From an uncultured virus (IMG/VR IMGVR_UViG_3300018056_000001) (taxonomy: Duplodnaviria; Heunggongvirae; Uroviricota; Caudoviricetes): 64,000 nucleotides of DNA. Numbering within the stretch: position 1 is the stretch's first letter; each line of letters opens with the position of its first letter. Below the pieces are notes generated by a model. That model made no database searches and was not told the DNA's origin. It was given only the letters and a program-made list of their open reading frames with translations. Shown here piece after piece: positions 7,489 through 17,582 of the stretch. The stretch lies in IMG/VR virus record IMGVR_UViG_3300018056_000001; one strand, written 5' to 3'. The position numbers were made by a program, and so were the translations under genes.

Positions 7489-7700
7489 TGAAGCTACTTA
7501 CCTCTCTGTTCCTACTCATTCTGGTTACGCTACGGAATGACGGCTGCACGGCTCCAGAGATCACGAGGCAGCAGCAGGAGGTCGTGAACCTCTGTGAGGC
7601 ACGCGGAGGGATTCCCGTTCTAGATACGTGGGGTTCCTCTATGGTGCGATGTGACTTCCCTCCTATCTATACGATTCCTCAAGTGGAGAAATCTCGATGA
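7485..7700 (+). CDS. Small exported/membrane protein
   Basis: Hydrophobic N-terminus, C...GG.P...C pattern; ATGA coupling. Confidence 0.5.
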   Translation: MMKLLTSLFLLILVTLRNDGCTAPEITRQQQEVVNLCEARGGIPVLDTWGSSMVRCDFPPIYTIPQVEKSR

Positions 7701-9130
7701 ACGCACAGCTCACGGGTCCCGAGGGTCAGTCCCGAACGACGATCCGTCGGATCTTCACCGCGACCCTCGTCATGGGCGTGAGCGGCTCGGGGAAGACCTC
7801 TCTCCTCGAAACCTTCGCCCGATACTTATGGGAAGCACACAAGAGGATCCTTCTCCTCTACTCCTGGGACGGCGGGGCGATCCCGACGAACATCCAGAAG
7901 GCGATGCACCAAGGACTAATCAGGTTCTGGCGCGTCCGAACTCGCTCGGCGCCTGGACTCGCCCTTGAATCTCTCTATCTCGCAACCAAGGGCTACTGGC
8001 CGAAGCTGATCGATCCCCAGACAGGGGAGACCACGATCGCGGTCCCTCTCGTGGCACCGGTCACCACTAAGTACACCGTGACCTGTCCAAAGGGTCATCC
8101 GCTCCTGACTGTCCCCTTCACCAACCTGATCGTCCCCACCTACTGCACCCCCTGCAAGGAACTGATCGGAGAGGGGATATGGCAGATCACCGTCGAAGAG
8201 AAGCGCACCAAAGGACTCGAACTCATTGGGGGCGTGGCCTACGATGGCCTGACCTCGATGACCAATGTCGTGATGGATCATATGGATGCCGCGCGAGGGG
8301 CGGGGCAGATAGGGGGTGAAAAGTCGTCCTTTGGTGGGGTCGTTGAGTCAGGGTCGATCAAGTTCGGTGGGAACAATCGCGCGGACATCGGCTTCGCTCA
8401 AACACGGGGCCAGCAATTCGTCAACAACTCCCTGTCGATCCCAAACCTTGTGGAAGGCCCAGTCTTCACCGCCCTCTCAACTGAGGGATCCGACAAAGGA
8501 GGCCTGACGATCGTCGGCGCGGATCTCCCCGGACAGGCAGCCTTGACCCAAGTCCCTCAGTGGTTCGGGAACATCGTCGAAGCGGACAAAACGATCGACG
8601 CGCAAGGGAAGCGCCACTTTGCCCTCCGCCTTCGTCCCTTCACGGATACCCAAGGACGCCAGCACCTCTTAAAGACGTCCTCGTCCCCTGGCGGACTCCC
8701 TGACTTCCTCGAAGATCCACCAGAGGATGCCCGTCGACCCTTCGAGCGCTTCAACCTCGGGCTCGTTTTCAAGCTGCTGGATGACGATCTGGCTCAGGCA
8801 ATTGGTGACTCGACTCCTCTGTCAGGTCCGATTGCCGACTATGGCGAACCTGTGGTAATGGAATCTGTGGTGGCAGCGGCTGCAAGTCCCACAGCCGACA
8901 CATCAGCTACAGCAGGATCGGTTGTAGCGCCACCACAGACGCAAGCTCCTCAGACTGCCCCGGTCGTACAACCTCGTTCACGGCGGAATGCTCCGCCACC
9001 TCCCGGATCAGCAACCCCTCTAGGTTTGCCAACCACCGGGGCAGTACCCCCCTCGCCGGCCGTCGTCGTGAATAGTTCGGTGCCTCCTCCCCCTGGCGCC
9101 AAACCTCCACATCGTGCACCTGGAACGTAA
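7697..9130 (+). CDS. Sak4-like AAA ATPase/recombinase with zinc-ribbon insertion and Pro-rich tail
   Basis: Walker A GVSGSGKT, Walker B-like AYDGLT, CPKGH...CTPC insert; lies between nuclease and SSB-like gene. Confidence 0.65.
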   Translation: MNAQLTGPEGQSRTTIRRIFTATLVMGVSGSGKTSLLETFARYLWEAHKRILLLYSWDGGAIPTNIQKAMHQGLIRFWRVRTRSAPGLALESLYLATKGYWPKLIDPQTGETTIAVPLVAPVTTKYTVTCPKGHPLLTVPFTNLIVPTYCTPCKELIGEGIWQITVEEKRTKGLELIGGVAYDGLTSMTNVVMDHMDAARGAGQIGGEKSSFGGVVESGSIKFGGNNRADIGFAQTRGQQFVNNSLSIPNLVEGPVFTALSTEGSDKGGLTIVGADLPGQAALTQVPQWFGNIVEADKTIDAQGKRHFALRLRPFTDTQGRQHLLKTSSSPGGLPDFLEDPPEDARRPFERFNLGLVFKLLDDDLAQAIGDSTPLSGPIADYGEPVVMESVVAAAASPTADTSATAGSVVAPPQTQAPQTAPVVQPRSRRNAPPPPGSATPLGLPTTGAVPPSPAVVVNSSVPPPPGAKPPHRAPGT

Positions 9131-9145
9131 AAGGAGTAGAAGTCA

Positions 9146-9805
9146 ATGCCGAAGTCACTGTCAGAACTGAACCTGAAAGAAGAAGTGCTCCCAACCGCTG
9201 GTCAGCCCTTGGATGATCTCCCGGTGTTTGGCCAATTCACCCCACCCCCGCAGCCGGGCGCGTTTCGCTTCAAGCTGCCGGCTGATCTCAACAATATCTG
9301 GGATCTGTACACCGTGGACGGAAAAGGGGATCGGATCTCCGCGGTCTTCGATCAGAACAACCCCCTCCTGATCGTGCAGTCCCCAGGAGGGAAGCACAAC
9401 ACCGAGCCTTTCCAGACGCGGCTCAACAACAACGAGCGCCCACGAGGCAAGGGAGGGTCAGGCGGAACCCATTCCGATCTCGACTATCTTTTGGCAGCTT
9501 TCGATCCCAAGCAGCCAAAGCCCAAATCGAATCGGGAGTACATCGAACGGGTCAAGGTGCAGGGGGGGAAGGAATTCGGGGCGGATATCCGTCTGAGCTG
9601 GCGCTGTGGAGAACAACGGAACATCCGAGTACGGGATCAGTCGGGCGCGGTCGTCGAGGTCGAGAACAAAAAGGGGTGTGGCACAGGCTACTACCAAGAG
9701 GACGTCAAGAAGAACGAAGCCGGCGAATTCCCTTTGGAGATCCAGTGCGGCAAGTGTGGGGCACTCTTGCGCGCTTTCGCGAACATCGACAACCTGCGCG
9801 CGTAG
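9146..9805 (+). CDS. Putative ssDNA-binding/replication protein
   Basis: Position after Sak4-like gene; beta-rich; C-terminal Cys pairs; AAGGAG RBS. Confidence 0.4.
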   Translation: MPKSLSELNLKEEVLPTAGQPLDDLPVFGQFTPPPQPGAFRFKLPADLNNIWDLYTVDGKGDRISAVFDQNNPLLIVQSPGGKHNTEPFQTRLNNNERPRGKGGSGGTHSDLDYLLAAFDPKQPKPKSNREYIERVKVQGGKEFGADIRLSWRCGEQRNIRVRDQSGAVVEVENKKGCGTGYYQEDVKKNEAGEFPLEIQCGKCGALLRAFANIDNLRA

Positions 9806-9863
9806 GACATGTGGTAGGATCCCTTTCTTGTCCCATTCCGGGACCAGAAGGAGAATAACGGTT

Positions 9864-10187
9864 ATGCCACGGAAGTCACAAGAGCCGGTCGTGTCCATCA
9901 TGCAGTTTTTCGAGACCTGTCCACTTGATGCAGGGCGACAGGCGATCACGATCGGCAACGAGATCCTGCGCCGACGGTCGGTGGGCAAAACACCGCCGGC
10001 TGACGTTGGAACGTCGGCTCAGGTTCCTGTAACTCGGCGTGTTCCTGGTCGGCGGGGGAAGAAGGGTTCAGCTCAGCTGGTGGCGGCACCGAAGCCGAAT
10101 GGGCAGGATCAAATGACTCCACAGACGCAGCCTGTTCCGCCTCCTGGAGTCGGACCCGGCCCGTCGCCGAGTCAGGTAGGAGAATGA
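9864..10187 (+). CDS. Hypothetical basic/Pro-rich protein
   Basis: AAGGAG RBS; fills gap in operon. Confidence 0.55.
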   Translation: MPRKSQEPVVSIMQFFETCPLDAGRQAITIGNEILRRRSVGKTPPADVGTSAQVPVTRRVPGRRGKKGSAQLVAAPKPNGQDQMTPQTQPVPPPGVGPGPSPSQVGE

Positions 10188-10191
10188 TCGC

Positions 10192-11349
10192 GTGATTCCA
10201 TTCATGATCGTGGGCGACGGACCACAGGAACCGACCGGCCTTGGTCGGATCGCCCGCGATCTCGCCGGCCAGATTGTGACGTCCGATCTCCCGGTCGACT
10301 TTGTCCACGTGGGCGGATCGATTCCGCCCATCTGGGCGCAATGGCGGCACTACCCTCTCGATCGATCCCAGGGAGACTGGGGCGCGAGCTACGTCGAAGC
10401 GCTCTGGCGATCGATCTTCGGGAATGATCCAGGGATCCTCTGGGTCATCTGGGATCCCGGCCGGCTCGCAGCTTTCACGAATATCCAGCTCCCGGTGCAG
10501 AAATGGGCGTACACCGCGATCGACTCGGCGAACATCCGAGACTCCGTCGGAGGACCGGCTCGCCAAGCCTTAGCCGAGTTCGATCGCGTGCTCACCTATG
10601 GACGCTGGGCGGATACGATTGTTCAGACTGTACGCCCCCAGGTTCAGTACCTCCCACATGGACTGAGTCTGCAAACCTATAGCCCTGCCATGCGACAAGA
10701 GGAGGTGGAATGGGTACAACAGACCCTCGGGCCGTTCTTCAATCCCGAGCACCACGTCCTCATCGGGTGCGTGGCGACCAACCAACCAAGGAAGGATCTC
10801 GGGCTGTACTTCCACACACTGTCGAAACTCCGGGAGCGTGGTATCAACGTCTATGGCTGGCTGCACACCGACGTCCTGGTGAAGGATTGGGCGGTGCAGC
10901 AACTGGTCGAAGATTTCGGGCTCATCAAAAAAGTCGCCGTGACGCTCCCTGAGCTGAGCGATCGTCAACTCGCGCTGCTCTACCATGCCTGTAATGTGAC
11001 AATCGCCCCAGGGCTCGGAGAAGGCTTCGGCTACCCGATTGCTGAGTCGCTCGCGGCCGGCGTGCCTGTCGTCCATGGGGACTATGGGGGCGGAGTCGAA
11101 CTCATTCCCAAGGTTGAATGGCGATTCCCAGTCCGTGCGCTCAGGCTCGAATCGGTGTATGCCATCAAGCGCCCGGTCTTCGCAGTCGACGACGTCGCGA
11201 ACGCAGTCGAACGAGCCCTGAGCTGGCGCAAGGAAGTCGGACTGATTGTTGCGAGCGCCTACTGTAGAGGTTGTGTCGCGCATCTCGACTGGCCGAACTT
11301 GTGGCTGCGGTGGCAGAGTTGGATTCGACAAGGACTCCAAGATGGCTAA
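10192..11349 (+). CDS. Glycosyltransferase (GT4, GT-B fold)
   Basis: PTGLGR, NQPRK, EGFGYPIAESLAAGVPV. Confidence 0.9.
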   Translation: MIPFMIVGDGPQEPTGLGRIARDLAGQIVTSDLPVDFVHVGGSIPPIWAQWRHYPLDRSQGDWGASYVEALWRSIFGNDPGILWVIWDPGRLAAFTNIQLPVQKWAYTAIDSANIRDSVGGPARQALAEFDRVLTYGRWADTIVQTVRPQVQYLPHGLSLQTYSPAMRQEEVEWVQQTLGPFFNPEHHVLIGCVATNQPRKDLGLYFHTLSKLRERGINVYGWLHTDVLVKDWAVQQLVEDFGLIKKVAVTLPELSDRQLALLYHACNVTIAPGLGEGFGYPIAESLAAGVPVVHGDYGGGVELIPKVEWRFPVRALRLESVYAIKRPVFAVDDVANAVERALSWRKEVGLIVASAYCRGCVAHLDWPNLWLRWQSWIRQGLQDG

Positions 11350-11603
11350 AGATATCCGAAGTACTCCCCTACGGATCTCGTAAGGGAATTCGGTCCCTCT
11401 GCTGCACTCAAGGAGCTAGATGCTGTCGTCCAGACTCATTTGCTTCCTGTATGGCTCGATGAGTTGAATCGTTACTGGCAGCAAGCGATACGCGGACAGG
11501 TCGCAGAAGAAGTCTCTCGTGTCGGCGCCGTCGTGGTGAAACTAGAACTTCCTGATGATGTGCTGAAATGAGTACGTCAGCAGATCGCACGTGAGGAAAG
11601 AGG

Positions 11604-11888
11604 ATGACGCTCATTCAATCACGGACCAGAGGACGGACGGTTGTCGTGACGCTCCCGACGGGTGAGGAGTACCTACTCCTTCAGATCACCATCGACTGCC
11701 CCGATTGCTGTCCCCCCGGTCAGCCCTACGAGGTCCTGATCGCCGGGCATCACTTGTCTGTCGTGAAGCAGCTCATCGATGACGCGATGGCCCAACACCC
11801 GACTCTGACGGAAGCGAGTGACAAAACGGTCGTCGTTCGACATAAACCGTTCGCAGGGGTCGCTCCAGACGACCCAACGAGGAATTAA
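11604..11888 (+). CDS. Hypothetical protein
   Basis: 94-aa ORF in operon with CPDC motif. Confidence 0.5.
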   Translation: MTLIQSRTRGRTVVVTLPTGEEYLLLQITIDCPDCCPPGQPYEVLIAGHHLSVVKQLIDDAMAQHPTLTEASDKTVVVRHKPFAGVAPDDPTRN

Positions 11889-11892
11889 CCCT

Positions 11893-12186
11893 ATGGCAGC
11901 TAGACTCGTTGTGAAGGACTACAGGGGGCGTGAACTTCAGGAAGGGGACGAGATCATCCTGAATGTGCAGGGACCGCTCTTCTTCCGTGTCGTCGCGATC
12001 CGTCCCGATCTCCGCCCGACGGCCGACGCACCAAACTACGCGCTGATCGATGTGGCAGCGACACACAGCTTTGTCTGTGCTCGTGGGATGCCTGAACGAG
12101 AATTCATTCGAGTCAGGACCGCACAGGAAGCGGGACCACTCCCCTTCGTGCAGATCGAGACAGACGAGAAGAAGATCCTGTCATGA
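11893..12186 (+). CDS. Hypothetical protein (SH3/KOW-like)
   Basis: KDYRGRELQEGDEI pattern; GAGG RBS. Confidence 0.5.
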   Translation: MAARLVVKDYRGRELQEGDEIILNVQGPLFFRVVAIRPDLRPTADAPNYALIDVAATHSFVCARGMPEREFIRVRTAQEAGPLPFVQIETDEKKILS

Positions 12187-13034
12187 AGCTAGCTATTGTC
12201 ACCGCGACAACAGATCTCGCCCGAGCACTCACCTGCATTCGCAGTTGGCAGGACCACGCGATCACGTCGCCCAAGATGGTGACGGTGATCAATGGTCCAA
12301 AGGGGGATCAACCCTCTTCAGACTCCTACCTGTGTGTAAAACATTATCTCGGGACCGTCTCAGCCTTTCGCCAAGGCGTCGATCAGCTCCTTGAGACAGA
12401 CGCGGAGATCATCGCCTGCCTCCATGATGACTTCGAGATCCATGAGATTGGGTGGGATCGGAAGGTGATTAGGCACTTCGAACGGAATCCCGCCTGTGGA
12501 CTCTTAGGATTCGGGGGAGCAGTTGGGCTTGGGGATAGTGACCTGTACCAGAAACCCTACAACCCAATGAGTCTGGCAAGGATTGGGTTCCGATCGAACT
12601 TGGTCGATGCCGAGCAGCACGGGATTCGATCCTTGCTGCCGGAAAAGGTGGCATGCCTGGATGGGTTCTCTCAGGTGGGACGACGAGACTTTTGGCAGGG
12701 ACTCTGGTCTCCGATGAAGCGAGATCTTGAGGCGCGATCATCCCATCCGACCCCGCCTTCTGTTGTTGTTCGACCTTGGACCTACCTCGAAGATCTCGGC
12801 ATCGTCCACCACTTCTACGATGGAGCCCTCGGCTGTCTTGCCCGACGCTACGGCTGGGAAGTCTGGTACCTCCCACTCCGTGGTCAGCACTTCGGAGGCA
12901 GGACAGCCGTCGGGGACGCCGGCTACCAGGAATGGGCCAAGTCGAAGATTCCCGGCGGCGATCAGGGATTCTGGGAACACGCACACAAGATCGCCTATGA
13001 CACGTTTACTGCTGTGCTTCCCATTCGAGTCTAG
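12183..13034 (+). CDS. Glycosyltransferase (GT2-like, GT-A fold)
   Basis: IACLHDD, VACLDG, HFYD motifs. Confidence 0.75.
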   Translation: MKLAIVTATTDLARALTCIRSWQDHAITSPKMVTVINGPKGDQPSSDSYLCVKHYLGTVSAFRQGVDQLLETDAEIIACLHDDFEIHEIGWDRKVIRHFERNPACGLLGFGGAVGLGDSDLYQKPYNPMSLARIGFRSNLVDAEQHGIRSLLPEKVACLDGFSQVGRRDFWQGLWSPMKRDLEARSSHPTPPSVVVRPWTYLEDLGIVHHFYDGALGCLARRYGWEVWYLPLRGQHFGGRTAVGDAGYQEWAKSKIPGGDQGFWEHAHKIAYDTFTAVLPIRV

Positions 13035-13195
13035 AAGATCCGAAGCGCGAGTGAGCCCGCTAACCCCGAGGCCAGATGGGTCTGAGAAAACATCGGGGAG
13101 AGAACAATGACCTTCTCGCGTGGTAGGTGAGGTTCTTCCAGCTTCCCCCTCGTCGACGAAATGGAAGCTGGTGCCTAACTAAAAAGGAGCTTCTC

Positions 13196-13456
13196 ATGCC
13201 GCAGCGTCAACCGACCGATTGGTTCTTCGGTGATCCCAAGGACGGCGCGATCACACGCATCGTGACCGAGAAAGGTTTCTGCTTTGTGAAATGCGACAAT
13301 GGCGACTATTTTCTTCACTCAACCGATCTCGAAAATGTCGAGTTCTCGCAGCTCCACATTGGTGACCTGATTCATTTCACACCCGCGGACACCCCAAAAG
13401 GGCTGCGCGCAACAATGGCGAGTCGAACACACGAATACTCGGCCAATCGACGATGA
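13196..13456 (+). CDS. Cold-shock domain protein
   Basis: KGFCFV (RNP1), YFLH (RNP2), TPKGLRA; AAGGAG RBS. Confidence 0.8.
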   Translation: MPQRQPTDWFFGDPKDGAITRIVTEKGFCFVKCDNGDYFLHSTDLENVEFSQLHIGDLIHFTPADTPKGLRATMASRTHEYSANRR

Positions 13457-13851
13457 GCCTGATCATTCGGCCCATCAACGCCCAAGCTGGGGAGATCGTC
13501 GAGATCCGCTGGCGGAACGCAGGAGGCGAGATCCTGATCGATCGCTGCACCGCTCCGCCCCTTGAGGCGTGGAAGGCTCGCTATGCCCTGCAGACGGCTG
13601 GAAGACAGGCGGAGGTGTCGGAGACGCTGGCTGACGAGAGCGCGACGAGCGTGGGCCGAGTTCGGCCTGTGTCACCAGTGTGGAAGGGATCGGGAATCGG
13701 AGAAATGGGTCCGCTGTCAGACGTGTCGGCTCAATCAAGCAGCCAATCAACGACGACGGCGCGGTGTGCAAAACCTCTCGGGAACGCGAGCTACTGTACC
13801 AGGTCCAAAGGACACCAGGGCGATTGCTCGATGGGCTGGATAATGGAATGA
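13453..13851 (+). CDS. Hypothetical protein
   Basis: ATGA-coupled at both ends; C-terminal C..C...GH.G.C motif. Confidence 0.45.
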   Translation: MSLIIRPINAQAGEIVEIRWRNAGGEILIDRCTAPPLEAWKARYALQTAGRQAEVSETLADESATSVGRVRPVSPVWKGSGIGEMGPLSDVSAQSSSQSTTTARCAKPLGNASYCTRSKGHQGDCSMGWIME

Positions 13852-14672
13852 GTATCACCTGTACCTTCCCTGGCCGCTATGGGGATCTTCTGTGGGCGCT
13901 CCCGACGATGCGAGCCTTGGCGGAAGCGTCGGGTGATCCGGTCGATCTGATCATCAGCGGAAAGTACGGATCGATCGCTCCCCTGATCCAGACCCAACCC
14001 TACATCGGGAGTGTACAGGTACTGAGGGAGTGGGAGGTCCAAGAGACGGCCCCAATTCAACCAAACTTCCCTCCCCTCGACCTCGCTGATGGACTTCGTC
14101 CAGTTATCCACTTGGGGTATCCCGGCTGGCCTGATCGTCCACTCCCTGAATATATCTGGAAGATCGCGAAGCTGCAGTACCCAACGATTGCTCCCCTCGA
14201 TCTCGACAAGCCGTGGATCACGGTCCCTTCCTCTCCCGGTCCACCCCACCGCGTACTAGTAGTTGGTTTCTCTGACGAGTGGTTCGAACTCAAGTACGGG
14301 ATCGCCTACCTTCTCGATAGTGCTCTCGGGAACGACCCGCAGGGGAATCCTCAGCTCACTCTCTGGCCATCGAGCTACGAGGGAGGGCGCTGGCATAGGG
14401 AAGGGGGCTTACCGCCTTGTAGTTGGGTGGAAACGTCCCATGTGATCAACGCGTCTGATGTCTTCCTCGGCTGCTGTTCCGCCCTTCACGTCCTCGCCTG
14501 CGCCCTTGGCAAGAAAATCGTCCTGATGGAACCGAACGAGCACAGGTGGAACGATATTTTCTACCCGTACGGGAAGACTGGGCGGGTGACTCTTGTTCTG
14601 GGAAATGACGGACGCCCGACGTTTGATGCCAGACATGTTCGGGATGCTATACAGAAGGCTCTGGGGGAATGA
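13848..14672 (+). CDS. Glycosyltransferase (GT9 heptosyltransferase-like)
   Basis: GRYGDLLWALP, FLGCCSALHVLACALGK. Confidence 0.7.
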   Translation: MSITCTFPGRYGDLLWALPTMRALAEASGDPVDLIISGKYGSIAPLIQTQPYIGSVQVLREWEVQETAPIQPNFPPLDLADGLRPVIHLGYPGWPDRPLPEYIWKIAKLQYPTIAPLDLDKPWITVPSSPGPPHRVLVVGFSDEWFELKYGIAYLLDSALGNDPQGNPQLTLWPSSYEGGRWHREGGLPPCSWVETSHVINASDVFLGCCSALHVLACALGKKIVLMEPNEHRWNDIFYPYGKTGRVTLVLGNDGRPTFDARHVRDAIQKALGE

Positions 14673-14751
14673 TGCCCTTCCACTTCTGTGGGGAGGAACT
14701 TCTCCTCCTGATGTTGGCGATTGGATGGGTCGGACAGACATGGAGGAATCG

Positions 14752-15144
14752 ATGCGTCTGGTGAATTATGGGGCTGGCGAGATCACCGATCGTCTCACTA
14801 TCCTCGCCCTGAAGATCCTCCACGGCAAGGAAGCCAATCGGGACGTCAAGCACTTCGAGGACGAGCGGAATGCCCTGCTGACGAAGATCGCGGCCAAGAC
14901 CCTCAATGGGTCGTGGTTCGAGTCGGTCCTAGAAATTGGGGCGGTGAACGCTGCGCTCTGGTACGCCGAGAATGAGATACGCTACCGACGAGTGCAAATC
15001 GAGAGCGGCGATGTCTATGAAGGAAGCTGGGAGCCTGTTGCACAGATTGCCTTCCGTGTCCAAGTACTGAACGATCGTCGAGCCGAGCTACGAGAAGAGA
15101 TCAACAAGAAGGCAGGGGACTATATCGGGCAGGAGAAAGTGTGA
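14752..15144 (+). CDS. DUF6165-like protein
   Basis: GEITDRLTILALK...VNAALWYAE...NDRRAELREEIN; GGAGGA RBS. Confidence 0.65.
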   Translation: MRLVNYGAGEITDRLTILALKILHGKEANRDVKHFEDERNALLTKIAAKTLNGSWFESVLEIGAVNAALWYAENEIRYRRVQIESGDVYEGSWEPVAQIAFRVQVLNDRRAELREEINKKAGDYIGQEKV

Positions 15145-15466
15145 TCTGATGCTCAGGCAACTTCGCGTACGACTCCGCGCATTCTGGCTCCTCTTGGACG
15201 GGGTTCCCTGGACCTGTGAGTACTGCCGGCGAGCACAGGAAACTCCGAAACTCATTTGGCCCTCGCTTCGGTACCAGCTCATTTGTACCGATTGCGAGAA
15301 TATGCAGAACTACCCTGCGTACATCAGGAAGATTGATCCCCTACGAAGGAAGGATCAGAGATGATCAAGTGGGAAGGGCTGGGACTCGCATGATCTGGGA
15401 TCGCGTGACTATCATCGGTTCAATTCTGGTCGCGCTCCCATTCGTAGCGCTCACGCTGATTCTCTG

Positions 15467-16465
15467 GTGGAACCTGTGATCAACATTCTCCTCATCACAA
15501 CCTGGAATCAACCGTGCGGGATCGCTGAGCATTCCTGGTACCTGAAGGACGCTGTGGAACGAGCTGATCCGGAGATTCGATTCTGGGTTTCACCAGAATT
15601 GCTCAACCCCACAGCGCATTTCCCGACGAGTGAGCCTGCAGATATCGTACACCTGAACTACCACGCCGCACTCCATTCCCGTTGGACCTATCGTGAAGTC
15701 CAGCTCGCCCAAGCGGGAGGACACAAAGTCGTCATTACCTACCACGATACCGGCGTACCGAACTCCGAGCAGTGCAAGGCTCTTCATTCGGTCGCTGACG
15801 CCTTTATCATCCACGAGCCAGCCGACGATCTTCCTGGTGCGCTCTATTGGCGCATGGGTGTCCCGGCAGCAGTCCCCCCCTCGAAATTTGGTGCTCGGTC
15901 GAGTAATAGTCCCGGCGGATATGCCCAGTACTTATTCAAGGGCTGGGAGGGTCAGCCGGTCTTAGGATCGATTGGATTTCCCTTCGGCTGGAAGAACTAC
16001 GATCAGCTCGCTAAGGTGACGGAGAAAGCGGGCTGGGCACTGCTCCTCATCGCTCCAGGAGCGTCGGACGAACAGATCGCCCATTGGCTCTCGATCAATC
16101 CTGATTTGGGTGTCTGGCCTACATTTGCAGATCGAGGACAGGCGATCTCGCTTCTCGCCGGCTGTGATGCGACCGCCTTTACCTACGTGTGTCACAACAC
16201 TGGGCAGTCCGCGGCGATCCTGCAGGGGATTGCGGCGAGGAAGCCAGTGATTGCTCTAGAGACCTGTCGACAATTTCGAGCACTCTACCTCGATCGGCTC
16301 GGCCATGCGGCGATCAATTGGTGCGAGACTTTCGAGGAGGTGCAGGACCGGCTAATGGGGATGCCAATCTATCGGATTGCACCTTGGATGGTCGCGCTCG
16401 CTGAACAGGATTCCTGGGCACGGGTGGGACAGAAGTACGCCCAGCTCTATCGTTCACTTGTATAA
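15467..16465 (+). CDS. Glycosyltransferase (GT4-like)
   Basis: TWNQPCGIAE, VITYHD, GFPFGWKNY, SAAILQGIAARKPVI. Confidence 0.75.
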   Translation: MEPVINILLITTWNQPCGIAEHSWYLKDAVERADPEIRFWVSPELLNPTAHFPTSEPADIVHLNYHAALHSRWTYREVQLAQAGGHKVVITYHDTGVPNSEQCKALHSVADAFIIHEPADDLPGALYWRMGVPAAVPPSKFGARSSNSPGGYAQYLFKGWEGQPVLGSIGFPFGWKNYDQLAKVTEKAGWALLLIAPGASDEQIAHWLSINPDLGVWPTFADRGQAISLLAGCDATAFTYVCHNTGQSAAILQGIAARKPVIALETCRQFRALYLDRLGHAAINWCETFEEVQDRLMGMPIYRIAPWMVALAEQDSWARVGQKYAQLYRSLV

Positions 16466-16477
16466 GGAGGACCATAA

Positions 16478-16729
16478 ATGCTGAAGATCAACACAACCTC
16501 GACCAACGGCGTCTATAACGACTTCAAGGCGATGCTCGCCGCGCTTTGTGGCAACACGCAGGCCACCGTGCTCTATCGGACGGATGCTTCGACCTTCTTC
16601 GAGGTCTTCGGTTTTACGACAGAAGTCGGCATCCGCATCGCGATCTCGGGGACGAAGCCGGGCACCTTCGACGCCGATTTCCCTGGTGCGTTGCAAATCT
16701 CCACCACCTACGTAATGGACTTCAGCTAG
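16478..16729 (+). CDS. Hypothetical protein
   Basis: Strong AAGGAGG RBS, 83 aa. Confidence 0.6.
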   Translation: MLKINTTSTNGVYNDFKAMLAALCGNTQATVLYRTDASTFFEVFGFTTEVGIRIAISGTKPGTFDADFPGALQISTTYVMDFS

Positions 16730-16733
16730 ATCC

Positions 16734-17582
16734 ATGCGGATCTTGTTCATCAATAATAGCTCGGCGGGGGCCTGCGGGGTACGCGAGTACGGCGCCTTGA
16801 TGATCGCGGCTCTGCGCCGAGCGGGGGTTGAGGTGATCGAGTGGGACGGATCCTATTCTGCTATTCAGGCTCGGGGAGGTCAGTACCTACCCCCTGATCG
16901 ATCGACGTACGATCTCGTGCATTTCAATTGGCATCCGGGGGCGATCAACCATTACATCCCCGAACACTTTGCCGGAGGACCTCCGCTGAGTCTCTATCTC
17001 GGCGACGTCCCTCCGCATTCCTCCTGTCCCGTTTTCAATATAGCGACGTGGCGCTTTGCAATCGATCCCTGCGCTGGCGCGCAGTACCTCCCGACACCAA
17101 TCCCCCCGACGCCTCTCGATCTTCCACCACCCACCCTCACCCCCGTCACGATCGGTGTAAGTGGCGTGCGTGGCGCTGGTTTCGCGCTCACGAGAGCAAT
17201 CTGCGAAGAGAAAGGCTGGGTGATCAACCAGCATAGCGACATGTGGCTATCGACCGAGGACGAGATTCGCCGGCTCGCGAGCTGCACGGTAAACGTATGC
17301 TGGTACCAAACGACTGGGCGCGGGAAATCGATGGCTGCGATGTTCTGTATCGCTGCTCAACGACCCTTGGTGATCTCCAGCTCGACCATGTTCTCGGCCC
17401 TTTGGCCCTACAAGGACGAGATCTATTCACCCAGAAATGGATTGGACACCCTTGATCTCCTCCTCTCCGTGGCCGTTGAACACACGCAGAGCGGTGGAGC
17501 ACCGATCCCACACCGCGCAAGGAGAGAGTTGGCTTGGGACGTAGTGATCAAGACTGTGGTCAAGCAGTGGGAGACTCCATGA
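16734..17582 (+). CDS. Glycosyltransferase (GT4-like, similar to 15467-16465)
   Basis: ACGVREY, VHFNWH, SMAAMFCIAAQRPLV. Confidence 0.65.
   Translation: MRILFINNSSAGACGVREYGALMIAALRRAGVEVIEWDGSYSAIQARGGQYLPPDRSTYDLVHFNWHPGAINHYIPEHFAGGPPLSLYLGDVPPHSSCPVFNIATWRFAIDPCAGAQYLPTPIPPTPLDLPPPTLTPVTIGVSGVRGAGFALTRAICEEKGWVINQHSDMWLSTEDEIRRLASCTVNVCWYQTTGRGKSMAAMFCIAAQRPLVISSSTMFSALWPYKDEIYSPRNGLDTLDLLLSVAVEHTQSGGAPIPHRARRELAWDVVIKTVVKQWETP

Noticed and set aside
11568..11604. Genome-wide stop-codon reassignment suggested by nearby in-frame stops
   Set aside because: Long genes are intact in code 11 and all three stop codons end coupled genes normally.
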